A stretch of DNA of 64,000 nucleotides from a virus (Duplodnaviria; Caudoviricetes). This document shows positions 1 to 9,870 of the stretch, piece after piece. The stretch lies in IMG/VR virus record IMGVR_UViG_3300030055_000003. One strand, given 5' to 3'. The notes beneath the pieces were generated by a model, which did not search any database, was not told the origin of the DNA, and saw nothing but the letters and a program-made list of their open reading frames with translations. Made by a program: the position numbers and the translations under genes. The stretch's first letter is position 1. The number at the start of each line of letters is the position of its first letter.

Positions 1-820
1 AGTGTGGTTGACAAAGATATTTCGAATCTGTTCCAAAATTATGATATGCTTCTTTATAATAAGTTGGTGATATATTCATAAAATCCTTCATTAATTCATA
101 TTTCCAAAACAAATAATCTTTTTGATTTTCCGCATGACTGACTATAAATATAGGTTGTGTTTCTCTTTTATCAACATGACCGTCTCCCAACAAAGAGCCA
201 ATAACTAAATCTTTTTGTATATCATTTAATTGTTTATGTATTTTTCTATATTCTTGGGTTAATTTATGTTTTTCACAACACCATTTCTCTATAACTCTTT
301 TACTGCACTTCGCTTCTTTAGCCATCTCTTCATGATTTAATCCTTCTGTCATATATTTTTGATAACACCAATCATAATCTTGATATATAGCTTTAAAATA
401 AATACTATTAATTGAATTAACATTAAAATTATATTCAAATTTAATATTTTCTATCTTTTCAACTTTGTCTAAGAATTTTCTATAAACACCTAATTGTTTA
501 CAAATATCCTCTTTCCCAAAACATTTATCTGGATTTTCTTTTATATATTTAATAAGTAATTCTAAATTATATTCATTTTGATTTAATTTATTTTTCCAAA
601 CTATTTTATTCTCGTTGGTTTTATTTCTGCTAACCTCAGTTCTTTCTTCTGAAGGACATGCAATAGCTCCTTTTTTAAAATGTGAATATTGTTTATTTTT
701 TACTATATAATTATTATATTCTGGAAACATAACATCTATATCACTTGTTTTTCTATACTCTACTATTATCATTTTACTTCCAAAGTTATTTAATCTTTCT
801 TCCCCAACTCTATCTGCCAC
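1..820 (-). CDS. LAGLIDADG-type homing endonuclease-like protein (runs off window edge; absent from ORF track)
   Basis: Hand translation from GTG at 820 (SD GAGGTGA) is open to base 1: MADRVGEERLNNFGSKMIIVEY...DLVIGSLLGDGHVDKRETQPIFIVSHAENQKDYLFWKY. GSLLGDG and H..Q.DYL.WK fit LAGLIDADG_2. Confidence 0.75.
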   Translation of the reverse strand, partial: MADRVGEERLNNFGSKMIIVEYRKTSDIDVMFPEYNNYIVKNKQYSHFKKGAIACPSEERTEVSRNKTNENKIVWKNKLNQNEYNLELLIKYIKENPDKCFGKEDICKQLGVYRKFLDKVEKIENIKFEYNFNVNSINSIYFKAIYQDYDWCYQKYMTEGLNHEEMAKEAKCSKRVIEKWCCEKHKLTQEYRKIHKQLNDIQKDLVIGSLLGDGHVDKRETQPIFIVSHAENQKDYLFWKYELMKDFMNISPTYYKEAYHNFGTDSKYLCQPH

Positions 821-846
821 ATATTTCACCTCTTTTACTTTTATAA

Positions 847-2472
847 TTAATTTATTATTTCAAAGTCAATAATTTCAATCTGACCTGTGTTGTTGTATGT
901 GTCCATAGTACACTTTCCAATTATATTTGCTTTTAATGACTGATTTAATAATTGTTCCTTTAGTACATTTGTTGGGAATTTTTTATTAAATTTAATTCCA
1001 TTTACAAAAAACACTATTCTAGTTCTTTTAATGTCATTTGCAACTATATTTAATTCTACATTTTCAAAAGCTATCAAAGGAGCATCTATCTTATTCCCAA
1101 ATTCATTTTCTAATAATGCTAATTCATTTACTATGTATTCATCTATTTCTGATTCATCTAATATAAAATCTACTAGATACTCCTTGCTGTCTACAATTTC
1201 TTTATCTTTATATAAATCATTTAAATAGTCTTTTAATTTGTTTAAATTATCTTTTTTTAATTGATAACCACCAGCCTGAGCATGTCCCTCTGAAAAAATA
1301 ACTAATTCACTATTAAGTATATCTAACCTTGTATTCTTAGAAATATTATCTATTCCTCTAAAGCTTCCTCCAATAATATCTTTTTTATCTTCTACACTTC
1401 TATATAATAATGTTGGAAGTTTATATTTATCTTCTATTTTTTGTGCTACTAATCCAGTATGTGATTGATTTAATGCTTTGCCTACATCTAATATAATACA
1501 CTTATCACCTTCAGCAATATTAATTTTAGGTTCTATTTTTTTCAAAGCTGATTTAACTGCATTGTCTTGTCTTGTCTTTACGTTTTTACACATCTTAGCT
1601 ATTTCTAAACAAAATTCATAATCATCTGATACAAAAGCTTGGTACATTTTCATTTTCTCTTCTTGTGTTCCACTTCTGATTGTTCCATTTAATTTAGGAG
1701 CTATTACCCATCCAATTTTATCTATATTATATTTACCTTCCAAGTCATATTCATTTACTTCCATTAATGCTTTAATAAATAAGTTGTTTATTTCTTTAAC
1801 ACCTTCATATACAAAATATCTAGTCTCTAACTCATGTAAATCCATCATATCAGCAACATTACCCAATGCAACTAAATCTTTATATTTGCTTGATTTATCT
1901 TCAAATAAATAATCATCTAAAGCTTTTATAAATTTATAAACTACACCAGCTCCAGCTAGATTTTTATTTGTTACACTTTTAGATAATTGATTATTTATTA
2001 CTACTGCATCTTTACTATAACCATCGTCACAATCATGATGATCTATAATAAGTACATCAATTCCTTTATCTTTTAATTCTTTATGTTGTATAAAATCATT
2101 ACTCGATGAATCTGTTAATACTACTAGATTTGTAACATCTTCAATAATAATATCTTCTGATAAACCATGTTGTTTATTTGTATGTATTTTTAATTCTATA
2201 TTTGCATTAGGAAATGATTCTTTTATTCTGTTATAAAATATAGAAAAACTTGTCATCCCATCAACATCACAATCCCCTATTGTTACTATTTTACTATTGT
2301 TTTCTAAGTGTTTTAATAATAATTCAATTCCTTCTTGCATATTATCATAGTTATTATAATCTTCTATAACCGACTTATCTAAATTAAATAAATCTTTTGT
2401 TATATTCCTATTCTCTAACACTGTTTCTACTGGAGAAAATGTGTAGTTATTTCCTATTAATTTATATTTCAT
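847..2472 (-). CDS. recJ: RecJ-like DHH-family ssDNA exonuclease (SPbeta YorK-like)
   Basis: Motifs DCDVDG, TDSS, IIDHH, LGNVAD and C-terminal GHAQAGG. Confidence 0.92.
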   Translation of the reverse strand: MKYKLIGNNYTFSPVETVLENRNITKDLFNLDKSVIEDYNNYDNMQEGIELLLKHLENNSKIVTIGDCDVDGMTSFSIFYNRIKESFPNANIELKIHTNKQHGLSEDIIIEDVTNLVVLTDSSSNDFIQHKELKDKGIDVLIIDHHDCDDGYSKDAVVINNQLSKSVTNKNLAGAGVVYKFIKALDDYLFEDKSSKYKDLVALGNVADMMDLHELETRYFVYEGVKEINNLFIKALMEVNEYDLEGKYNIDKIGWVIAPKLNGTIRSGTQEEKMKMYQAFVSDDYEFCLEIAKMCKNVKTRQDNAVKSALKKIEPKINIAEGDKCIILDVGKALNQSHTGLVAQKIEDKYKLPTLLYRSVEDKKDIIGGSFRGIDNISKNTRLDILNSELVIFSEGHAQAGGYQLKKDNLNKLKDYLNDLYKDKEIVDSKEYLVDFILDESEIDEYIVNELALLENEFGNKIDAPLIAFENVELNIVANDIKRTRIVFFVNGIKFNKKFPTNVLKEQLLNQSLKANIIGKCTMDTYNNTGQIEIIDFEIIN

Positions 2473-2476
2473 TTAA

Positions 2477-3517
2477 TCATCCCTCATATTTAAATTTACA
2501 ATTAGTATATAATTGCATAAATATCTCTTTGCCTTTATCGGTAACACTTTCTTTTCCTTGTAATAAGTCTAAATCATCATATATATAGTAAACATTACAT
2601 AACCCTTTTTTAAATTTCTTACATTCTACAAAAATATCATCTAAGATAACATCTTTGTCAAAGGCTAGTATTATATCTTTTCCTAGTTTAAGTAATTTTG
2701 TTAACTGTACTGGACTAATAACCTTTTTGCTTACTGCTACACAGTTATTAATATCCATATCATTACATTGCATAACTGACTTTTCTGCTTCGAATATGAA
2801 CACTTCATTAGATGATATAATATCAAAATAGTTTTCATATAAACCATATAAATAGAATTCTCCGACATACGGGTAATAGTAAAAATATTTTGGTATTCCT
2901 TTAATTTTATAATTACTATCCATCGTTCTTCCTTTGAATGTAAGTAATTCTCCATTATCATTTCTAATTGGAAAAACTACCCTATTATCTAATATGTCAT
3001 ATGAAACACCAAATTTAGTTTGTGTAGTCTTATTAATCCCATCTTGTAAAAATAAATCACATGTTTCTCTTATAAATCTCTGAGTGAAAGTTTCGTCCAA
3101 TATTAATTCATCATAATCGTCAAGTTTATTTATTTTATTTAAACTTCTTTTAAATTGTCTTAAAAAGCTATAACTAGAACTCTTTTCACTCTTTTTAATA
3201 TTGTTACTATATTTCAATCCACATTGTTTACATACAAACTGAATGGCTTCTGATAGACTATATTCATTTATGAATTGTATAAGAGTAAACACATCTTTAT
3301 ATTCGTATTTATCAAACTCACCTTTTCTTGAATATACTTCTGTTTTTAAATTATCATTTAATTTAATACTTATAGAAGTAAAGTTATCACCATCAGGCAA
3401 AGCACAAGTAATACGTTTTGAACTTTTTTTTATATGATGACAACCTATATTTTCTAATATATTTTCTATATATTGTGGATTCTCTTTTAGATATATCTTA
3501 AGTTCGTCCTTATCCAT
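2477..3517 (-). CDS. Phage DNA primase (YorJ-like)
   Basis: RVVFPIRN..G....KGR, IFEAEKSVM and TOPRIM LAFDKD; lies between dnaB and recJ. Confidence 0.85.
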   Translation of the reverse strand: MDKDELKIYLKENPQYIENILENIGCHHIKKSSKRITCALPDGDNFTSISIKLNDNLKTEVYSRKGEFDKYEYKDVFTLIQFINEYSLSEAIQFVCKQCGLKYSNNIKKSEKSSSYSFLRQFKRSLNKINKLDDYDELILDETFTQRFIRETCDLFLQDGINKTTQTKFGVSYDILDNRVVFPIRNDNGELLTFKGRTMDSNYKIKGIPKYFYYYPYVGEFYLYGLYENYFDIISSNEVFIFEAEKSVMQCNDMDINNCVAVSKKVISPVQLTKLLKLGKDIILAFDKDVILDDIFVECKKFKKGLCNVYYIYDDLDLLQGKESVTDKGKEIFMQLYTNCKFKYEG

Positions 3518-3532
3518 ATGCCTTACCTCCTT

Positions 3533-4930
3533 TTAATATGGTGAGTTTCCACCTTCTATATTAGAAAAGTTCTTAGCTTGAGTGATGATTGCTTTATCTC
3601 CCTCAAAAACAAAATTTAAATATTCTCCATCCTCCATTTGACCACCATTTCTATTATAATCAATTACTAATTTACAATTACCACTATCAATACCATCATT
3701 AAGCATTTCTTCTTTTGTCTTATGTATCCAATATGCTATAGTTGAAGCATATCTATTTATTTTATCGCTATCTGCTAATCTTTGTTCTTTTGGACTCATT
3801 TGACCACCTGCTATTATAGGTATATCTAATGCTCCACCTACCTTATTTTTTAAGAAATTAGTCATATCTCCTAATATATTATGTTCTTTATTGTCTCCAC
3901 CACCAGTATCATCTACTTTTATATAATCATAAATTAACAATCCTAAGTTCATAGATTGTTTTAGTTGTTTCGCTGTCATATAAATTTTATCTTTAGTCCA
4001 ACCAACATCATATTTGTGAACTAATGGCTTATTTTTTAACCATTCTTTAGCTTCTTCTACTGCCTTTTCTTCTTGTAATGAGTAATTACCATTCTTAACC
4101 TTTTTTATATCGACTCCAGACTTTAATGCTAAAAATCTTATCATCCATCTTTCATCACTCATTTCAGTATCAAATATAGCTACAGGAACTCCGTTTTCAA
4201 CCTTATGTATGGCTTCATTAAGAAAGAACATTGATTTACCACTTTTGGCTCTACCACCTATTACAACTAATTCTCCATTTTCATAAGTAAAATATTCATT
4301 TAGTCCTTTATATTTACTAGGTATACCTGCAAATCCTGAATCTGTTCTCCTACTTTTTATTAATTCCCACAATTCATCTGCCTTATCTCCTATCATTTGA
4401 ACATTAGTATCTACAATATAATCATCTGCAAATTTAGTTATATCAGTTTGAACTTTATAATTAATACTGTTTATATCTTCATTACTTGATAATACTCCAT
4501 TAGCCATTTCTCTTAGTTTTATGTATGTATCTCTTTTGAATGCATTAGATATTATATTATTAGCAATAAATTCATATCCTTCAATTTCAGACCTAGCTAC
4601 TAGCCTTAAATCATCTAACCATCCACATATATCTTTTGAAATATCATCAAATTCATTAATTATATTTTTAAAACCTTTATTACTCTCAACTTCAGTCATT
4701 ATTAAAAAGTTATCTATTTCTGTAATACCTTTTTCCATTAAGTTATTAACTATATGATAAATACATGCTAATTCTCTATTATAAAACTGATTCGGTTTCA
4801 GATATTCCGTTTTATAAATAAACTCTGGATGTACTAATATAGTTCCTATTACTCCTGTTTCTGAAATATCATCTTTAGGTAACTCTATATTATGTAATTT
4901 TTCGAACTTTTTAATGTCATTAGCTTTCAT
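3533..4930 (-). CDS. dnaB: DnaB-like replicative helicase (YorI-like)
   Basis: Walker A GGRAKSGKS, FDTEMS, IYDYIK, LADSDKI, YNRNG. Confidence 0.92.
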   Translation of the reverse strand: MKANDIKKFEKLHNIELPKDDISETGVIGTILVHPEFIYKTEYLKPNQFYNRELACIYHIVNNLMEKGITEIDNFLIMTEVESNKGFKNIINEFDDISKDICGWLDDLRLVARSEIEGYEFIANNIISNAFKRDTYIKLREMANGVLSSNEDINSINYKVQTDITKFADDYIVDTNVQMIGDKADELWELIKSRRTDSGFAGIPSKYKGLNEYFTYENGELVVIGGRAKSGKSMFFLNEAIHKVENGVPVAIFDTEMSDERWMIRFLALKSGVDIKKVKNGNYSLQEEKAVEEAKEWLKNKPLVHKYDVGWTKDKIYMTAKQLKQSMNLGLLIYDYIKVDDTGGGDNKEHNILGDMTNFLKNKVGGALDIPIIAGGQMSPKEQRLADSDKINRYASTIAYWIHKTKEEMLNDGIDSGNCKLVIDYNRNGGQMEDGEYLNFVFEGDKAIITQAKNFSNIEGGNSPY

Positions 4931-4941
4931 GATTTCACCAC

Positions 4942-5388
4942 CTATAATATGTCTGTTATTTTTTTATTTGTAGGAGTATAGGTAAATACAATACTATCAT
5001 CACTAGTGTTTAATTTGTTTGTATTAATGGTTTTATTGTATTCATCTCTAATAGTAATTTTTTTAAATTCATTCTTTAACTTATAGTCATTGGAATAATT
5101 AATTAATCCAAAAGGATTGTTTATAGGTTTATTATTTTTATGTATAAATTCTAATATAAATAAAATATAGTTTGTTGGATTATTATTTTCATGAATTAAT
5201 TGTTTAATAACTTTTCTTAGAATTTGTAAAGTACAAGATGGCATATTATTTAAATAATATTCTTCTATTTGTTGTTTTAATTCCTTCTCATGGTAACAAT
5301 CTTTATGAAAATATGAATTACCAATTTTAACCGCTTCTTCTTTTTTCACCTCACCTCCATGAGTACAATAAGAGTATTTGCATTTCAT
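4942..5388 (-). CDS. Replication-module protein with Cys/His N-terminus (YorH-like position)
   Basis: CKYSYC...FHKDCY; position upstream of helicase. Confidence 0.5.
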   Translation of the reverse strand: MKCKYSYCTHGGEVKKEEAVKIGNSYFHKDCYHEKELKQQIEEYYLNNMPSCTLQILRKVIKQLIHENNNPTNYILFILEFIHKNNKPINNPFGLINYSNDYKLKNEFKKITIRDEYNKTINTNKLNTSDDSIVFTYTPTNKKITDIL

Positions 5389-5446
5389 TTACATTCACCT
5401 ACCTTTAAAATTAGCCCATATCCAAACAGACATGGGCTGTGTTTTA

Positions 5447-6457
5447 TTATACTAATTCTTCAAATGCTGATATTACTTTTTCTGCAATTGTTTTATCTGT
5501 AATATCATTAGGGTTTGGACTATCATTTAAATCTTTTAAAGTTTGGATAACTTCTGCTCTCTTCCCATTATCAGACAACTCTTTACACTTAAGTAAAATA
5601 TCAGCCTTTAATTCATCTAAAGATAATTTGTTTTGTTGTTTCTTAGCTTTTTTTTCATTTTCTTGAACTATCTTTTTAACTTCTTCTTCTTGGTTTAATG
5701 CAATTTTTGTTTTAGCTTCTTCTTTAGCTTTTTCTAATTCATTTCGTTTAGATTTTACATCTCCACCAGTAGACCATTTATAAATTATATCTCCATCTTT
5801 TTCAGTTAATACATCATTTCTATTTTCAAAACAGTGTGTATTATCTTTTACTGATGTAAAAAAGTGAGTATCTTGCTCTACTGTTACAGCTACAGTAAAT
5901 AAGAATTCTAAATCATCTCTTTGTTGATAACCAATACCAACTTTTCTAGGTACTTGCTTTCCGTTTTGTTCTTCAAGTACATATTTATCTTTTCCTCTTA
6001 CTGTTGCTACAATGAATGCTTCTGAATCTAATATCTTATCTACAAATTTTTCATGTCTTGGTGTTAGCTTAGACCAGTTAGTATATGAATTTCCACTCAT
6101 TTTACTATGTATTTCTAACATCCCACCTTTTCCAGCCCATTCATTACTTATTTGGTCAATTACAATTACTTTATATCCAGCATCAATTGCTTCGTCAATC
6201 GCATCAACATAACTTTCAGGGGTAAAAGGTGCTTTTAGTTGCATTAAATCATAATCGAATTCGTCTGCATAATATTTATCTCTTGATCCTTCTGTCCCTA
6301 TGTAAGCAATTCTTTCTACATTACCAGTATCTTTACTTAATGCCTCGGTTAAACCTTTAGCAACTCTTAATGCTCCAAAACTTTTTCCACCACCAGAAGG
6401 TGCTATTGTTAAAACCTTTGCCCATATATTTTCTCTAACTGCTTTTTGAAATCCCAT
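5447..6457 (-). CDS. AAA-family ATPase (Sak4/YorG-like)
   Basis: Walker A APSGGGKS, Walker B VIVIDQIS. Confidence 0.8.
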   Translation of the reverse strand: MGFQKAVRENIWAKVLTIAPSGGGKSFGALRVAKGLTEALSKDTGNVERIAYIGTEGSRDKYYADEFDYDLMQLKAPFTPESYVDAIDEAIDAGYKVIVIDQISNEWAGKGGMLEIHSKMSGNSYTNWSKLTPRHEKFVDKILDSEAFIVATVRGKDKYVLEEQNGKQVPRKVGIGYQQRDDLEFLFTVAVTVEQDTHFFTSVKDNTHCFENRNDVLTEKDGDIIYKWSTGGDVKSKRNELEKAKEEAKTKIALNQEEEVKKIVQENEKKAKKQQNKLSLDELKADILLKCKELSDNGKRAEVIQTLKDLNDSPNPNDITDKTIAEKVISAFEELV

Positions 6458-6559
6458 ATTGATAATCTCCTTCTTATTTTAAATTATTTATTATTTTTTT
6501 ATCTATTAGCCCTAAAATCAAGGGCTTCATCTTTTGTATATAGTTTGTTATTTAATTTA

Positions 6560-7462
6560 TTAAAATGGCAAATCTTCGTCTGTAACTCCACCATTAGTAT
6601 CTTTAGACTTTGAGTCATCTTTTTTGATAATCACTTTATTTTCTACTAAATCTAATGCTTCTCTAATTTCATCTCTTGTATATTTACTCTTTTCATTTTT
6701 CTCAGTATCAATATCTATAACTGATAACACTAACTCTCTTTCTTTAATCTTTTTATAAGTTTTAGTATTATTTCCTCCGATAGTTTTTCCTTTTAATGTT
6801 TTTCTTTCCTTAGTTGGCTCACCACTTTCTACTTCTCCTTCTTCGTAAATAGGTCTGTTATCTACTTTGATAGTAGCATGTAGTAAATCTCCTACTTTTG
6901 CGTTTTCTTCTATGTATTCTTTTACTACATCATCTTCTAAAGATAATTCTAATTCAATCATTTCTCCTTTATATGTAGTTACACCAACTTTCACTAAACC
7001 ATTACTTGCCTTTTCTGTAATTATTATTGCTTGATTTAATTCATTAACTTCTTCAAAACCTTCCGCATTAAAGTCAATTACATCGCTTTTCTTATACATT
7101 TGGCTTACAATCCATGTTAATTTCTTATGATATGTATCAATATCAGCTCTTATATTTAAATATACACTATCACCATCTTTAAAGTTTCCCTTAACAAAAT
7201 CAATTGCTTCTTGTTCATTTAATTCAGTTACTTCATCATCTTGATTAGCTTTTAACTTAACATTAAGTTTTGAATTACTCCAATCTCCTACTTGTACATA
7301 ATTAGTGTTGGTTGTACTACTTTGTAATCCAAATGAAAGATTTCTTTTTACTGAATTAGTGAAAGGTTCTTTGTTGTTTAGTCCCCAAATTTTTCCTTCT
7401 AATCTTAAATATCCTTTAGTTTGTTCCATAATATTTCTCTCCTTCTGACGTTGGCTCGTCAC
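6560..7462 (-). CDS. Putative single-stranded DNA-binding protein (YorF-like)
   Basis: Beta-rich body, acidic tail ending DEDLPF, replication-block context. Confidence 0.55.
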   Translation of the reverse strand: MTSQRQKERNIMEQTKGYLRLEGKIWGLNNKEPFTNSVKRNLSFGLQSSTTNTNYVQVGDWSNSKLNVKLKANQDDEVTELNEQEAIDFVKGNFKDGDSVYLNIRADIDTYHKKLTWIVSQMYKKSDVIDFNAEGFEEVNELNQAIIITEKASNGLVKVGVTTYKGEMIELELSLEDDVVKEYIEENAKVGDLLHATIKVDNRPIYEEGEVESGEPTKERKTLKGKTIGGNNTKTYKKIKERELVLSVIDIDTEKNEKSKYTRDEIREALDLVENKVIIKKDDSKSKDTNGGVTDEDLPF

Positions 7463-7546
7463 CCTAATAATTTGTTTAATATTAATTTATTTATAATACG
7501 CATTTTAGTCTTACAAAACTAATCATTAATGCAATTTTATACTATA

Positions 7547-7843
7547 TTATCTAATTAAATTTTGAAAATTATCATCTGTTACTAAATAGTATTCAGAAGT
7601 ATAAATAATTCCAGATCCTCTAGTTATACTTACTCTTAAATGATGTTCGTCATTTATATCAGCAACTTTTATTTTACAATTTTTAGGCTTATGTATTCCT
7701 TCCATAGTGCCTATAAATTCTCTTTTAGTAGAGTCATCATTATTTAATATGTATTCTTTAAATTCTTCCCAAGTTAAATCTGTTACTTTATACATAATAC
7801 TTTGAAAGTCTTCCTTGTTAATATTACTTTGAATTATATACAT
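7547..7843 (-). CDS. Hypothetical protein
   Basis: ORF with SD, co-oriented. Confidence 0.6.
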   Translation of the reverse strand: MYIIQSNINKEDFQSIMYKVTDLTWEEFKEYILNNDDSTKREFIGTMEGIHKPKNCKIKVADINDEHHLRVSITRGSGIIYTSEYYLVTDDNFQNLIR

Positions 7844-7919
7844 CTAATCACCTTCTTAATATTATTTTTAGTTCTATTAATTTGTTGACTTACATTAAAA
7901 TTATTCATTTATTGGCTTT

Positions 7920-9225
7920 TTGTGAACATTATATGAACACAATTCCAATTTATAAGTCCATAAGTTATAACTCTTTAACAAGTCATACTAACTCTTATTG
8001 GATGTAAATGTACACCCTCTATTTCATCTACTTTAAAAGCTTCTGAAAATACCTTTTTAATTATATTATAAGCTCCATTAACATCTGAATTAATTAGTTT
8101 GTTTGTATTAGATTTAAATAAACCTCTTACTACACGTCTGCTTTTATTATATGTATCTTTACCTATTACTTCATTATCTAAAAAACTACAACCACTCGTA
8201 TAACTTTCGTTATTAGTTATTACTTTAATTCCTATATTAGAACACTTATATGTAATCATTTTTATTAATTTATCATATGGAATTGATATAAAATTCTGAT
8301 TAGCTGATTTGAATAAACCACTTTCCTGTTTCCAAGTTTTATTCAAACCAATTACTATGATCGTAATATTTAATCCTTCCGCATAAGTAACTATAGATTT
8401 ACTAGCATTATGTAAATAATAATTTATTTTATTATCTCTATCTTGTTGTAATTTATCTAACTTATTGCTCCAGTCCTTTTTATGTCGTTTCTTTAAATCC
8501 GACTGTAATTTAGCTTTCTTCTTATTGTAATATTGATTTATAGATTTGATAACTTTACCATTTATAATGATAGGTTGTACACCTACATTATTAACGCATG
8601 TAGCTAGGTTATCTACTCCTAAATCAATCCCTAATATTCTGTTATTGAATTCTTTAGGCTCTTGAACTTCAATCTCATAAACTATTTCTAATATGTAAGT
8701 TGAACCTTTTGGAATAATTCTAGTTTGTAATAGTTTATTTTTAACATTGGTTTTAAATAAGTTATTCAGTCCTTTTAGTGGTATAAAAGCAAAGTATAAA
8801 TATCCATCATATAAATGGGTTTGCATATTAGTCATTATAAAAATATGTCTACCATTTTTCTTTTTATATCTAGGTAATTTTGGTTTTCCAAGATATTTGT
8901 TTGGATGTTTCCAATAATCTTTTACACTTACTAAGAATGACTTCCAATCTTTACAAAGCAATCTCAATGTCATTTGTGCTGAATTTGAACCTATATCTTT
9001 GAAAGCCTCAGTCTTATTAAGTTCCTTTGACAACTCCACATATTGTAATATTGGACTACCTCTTACAAATAATTGTCTTTGAGTATAATTCGCTAGATTG
9101 TAAATGTTCTTAGCTTTAAAACAATACTCATCAAACAATTTCCATGCTTTGTGGTTTTTATCTATTATATGTCTTTCGACTCTTTGAGTTTTAATGTTAT
9201 CACCTCCTTTCAATCTTGTGTCATT
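7920..9225 (-). mobile_element. Lone-tnpB (IS1341-like) element; ends not resolved
   Basis: tnpB without tnpA; about 55 nt of 3' non-coding sequence ending near TTCAC is the candidate right end / omegaRNA region. Confidence 0.45.
7975..9213 (-). CDS. tnpB: IS200/IS605-family RNA-guided endonuclease TnpB
   Basis: RuvC-I LGIDLGVDNLA, IVIGLNKTWKQE, NESYTS, RuvC-III INSDVNGAYNI. Confidence 0.9.
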   Translation of the reverse strand: MKGGDNIKTQRVERHIIDKNHKAWKLFDEYCFKAKNIYNLANYTQRQLFVRGSPILQYVELSKELNKTEAFKDIGSNSAQMTLRLLCKDWKSFLVSVKDYWKHPNKYLGKPKLPRYKKKNGRHIFIMTNMQTHLYDGYLYFAFIPLKGLNNLFKTNVKNKLLQTRIIPKGSTYILEIVYEIEVQEPKEFNNRILGIDLGVDNLATCVNNVGVQPIIINGKVIKSINQYYNKKKAKLQSDLKKRHKKDWSNKLDKLQQDRDNKINYYLHNASKSIVTYAEGLNITIIVIGLNKTWKQESGLFKSANQNFISIPYDKLIKMITYKCSNIGIKVITNNESYTSGCSFLDNEVIGKDTYNKSRRVVRGLFKSNTNKLINSDVNGAYNIIKKVFSEAFKVDEIEGVHLHPIRVSMTC

Positions 9226-9234
9226 TTTCTTTAA

Positions 9235-9546
9235 TTACTCTACTTTTACTTCAACCCAATCTTCGGCTAATGTATCAGCTTGACTAGCATTCCAAGGAAT
9301 AACTGTATTTCCTGCTGTCTTTAATAATAAGAAATTTTCAAGTTTATATGTAGTTTTACCTACTCCTACTTCAACAATTCCTTGTAATTCAGAAACATCA
9401 TATAACTCTTCTGTAAAATTCTCATCAGCTTTCATTTTTAATGTTGAGAAATAGAAACTAAATACATGCATTCCTTTTCCATTCCAACCTTCTCTAGCTA
9501 TTGGTTTACCTTGTTTAGTTAATTCTACTGCTTTTCCAAAATTCAT
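9235..9546 (-). CDS. tad2: DUF2829 protein, Tad2-like anti-Thoeris/CBASS signal sponge
   Basis: MNFGKAVE...AREGWNGKGM...PWNASQADTLAEDW, the DUF2829 signature. Confidence 0.75.
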   Translation of the reverse strand: MNFGKAVELTKQGKPIAREGWNGKGMHVFSFYFSTLKMKADENFTEELYDVSELQGIVEVGVGKTTYKLENFLLLKTAGNTVIPWNASQADTLAEDWVEVKVE

Positions 9547-9598
9547 AATTTATTTCTCCTTTTCTTCTATTAATTTATTTAAGCATTCTTAATTTGTT

Positions 9599-9745
9599 AA
9601 TATGCTTTAAAGAATAGCTGAATTTACCGTTTCAGCACATTCTCCGATTTAAGCAATTGGTACTAACTTAAAAATCTTGGGTATCAACCTTTGAGAGTTC
9701 TTCTTTCCCTATTGAGTAGTCATTAGCTACTCTTTAAAACATATT
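9599..9745 (-). ncRNA. Candidate structured RNA / leader 1
   Basis: 21-bp closing stem (9599-9619 with 9725-9745); both mismatches are G-U pairs on the minus strand; internal hairpins; downstream of a sigma-A promoter. Confidence 0.5.
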
Positions 9746-9823
9746 ATCCTGTTTATATTAATTTATTTCACTTAATCTTTTATGTATGTTGTGGTAAAGG
9801 TGTTATTCTCTACCACAACTGTT

Positions 9824-9852
9824 ATTTTACTCTCTTATTTATTACTTGTCAA
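9824..9852 (-). promoter_or_regulatory. Sigma-A promoter
   Basis: TTGACA-17-TAAAAT. Confidence 0.7.
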
Positions 9853-9870
9853 CTACTTCTATTAATTTAT

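Noticed and set aside
2737-2961. Nested minus-strand ORFs (also 23853-24068 and 58647-58829)
   Set aside because: Alternate frames inside well-supported genes, with no SD or motifs.
847-4930. Inteins or group I introns in recJ, primase or dnaB
   Set aside because: The ORFs are of normal length and continuous, with no splice motifs seen.
9599-9745. Hammerhead ribozyme (CUAAUGA and GAAAC-G-GUA words)
   Set aside because: The core should be CUGANGA, and seven extra nucleotides separate GUA from the stem I arm; the geometry does not fit.
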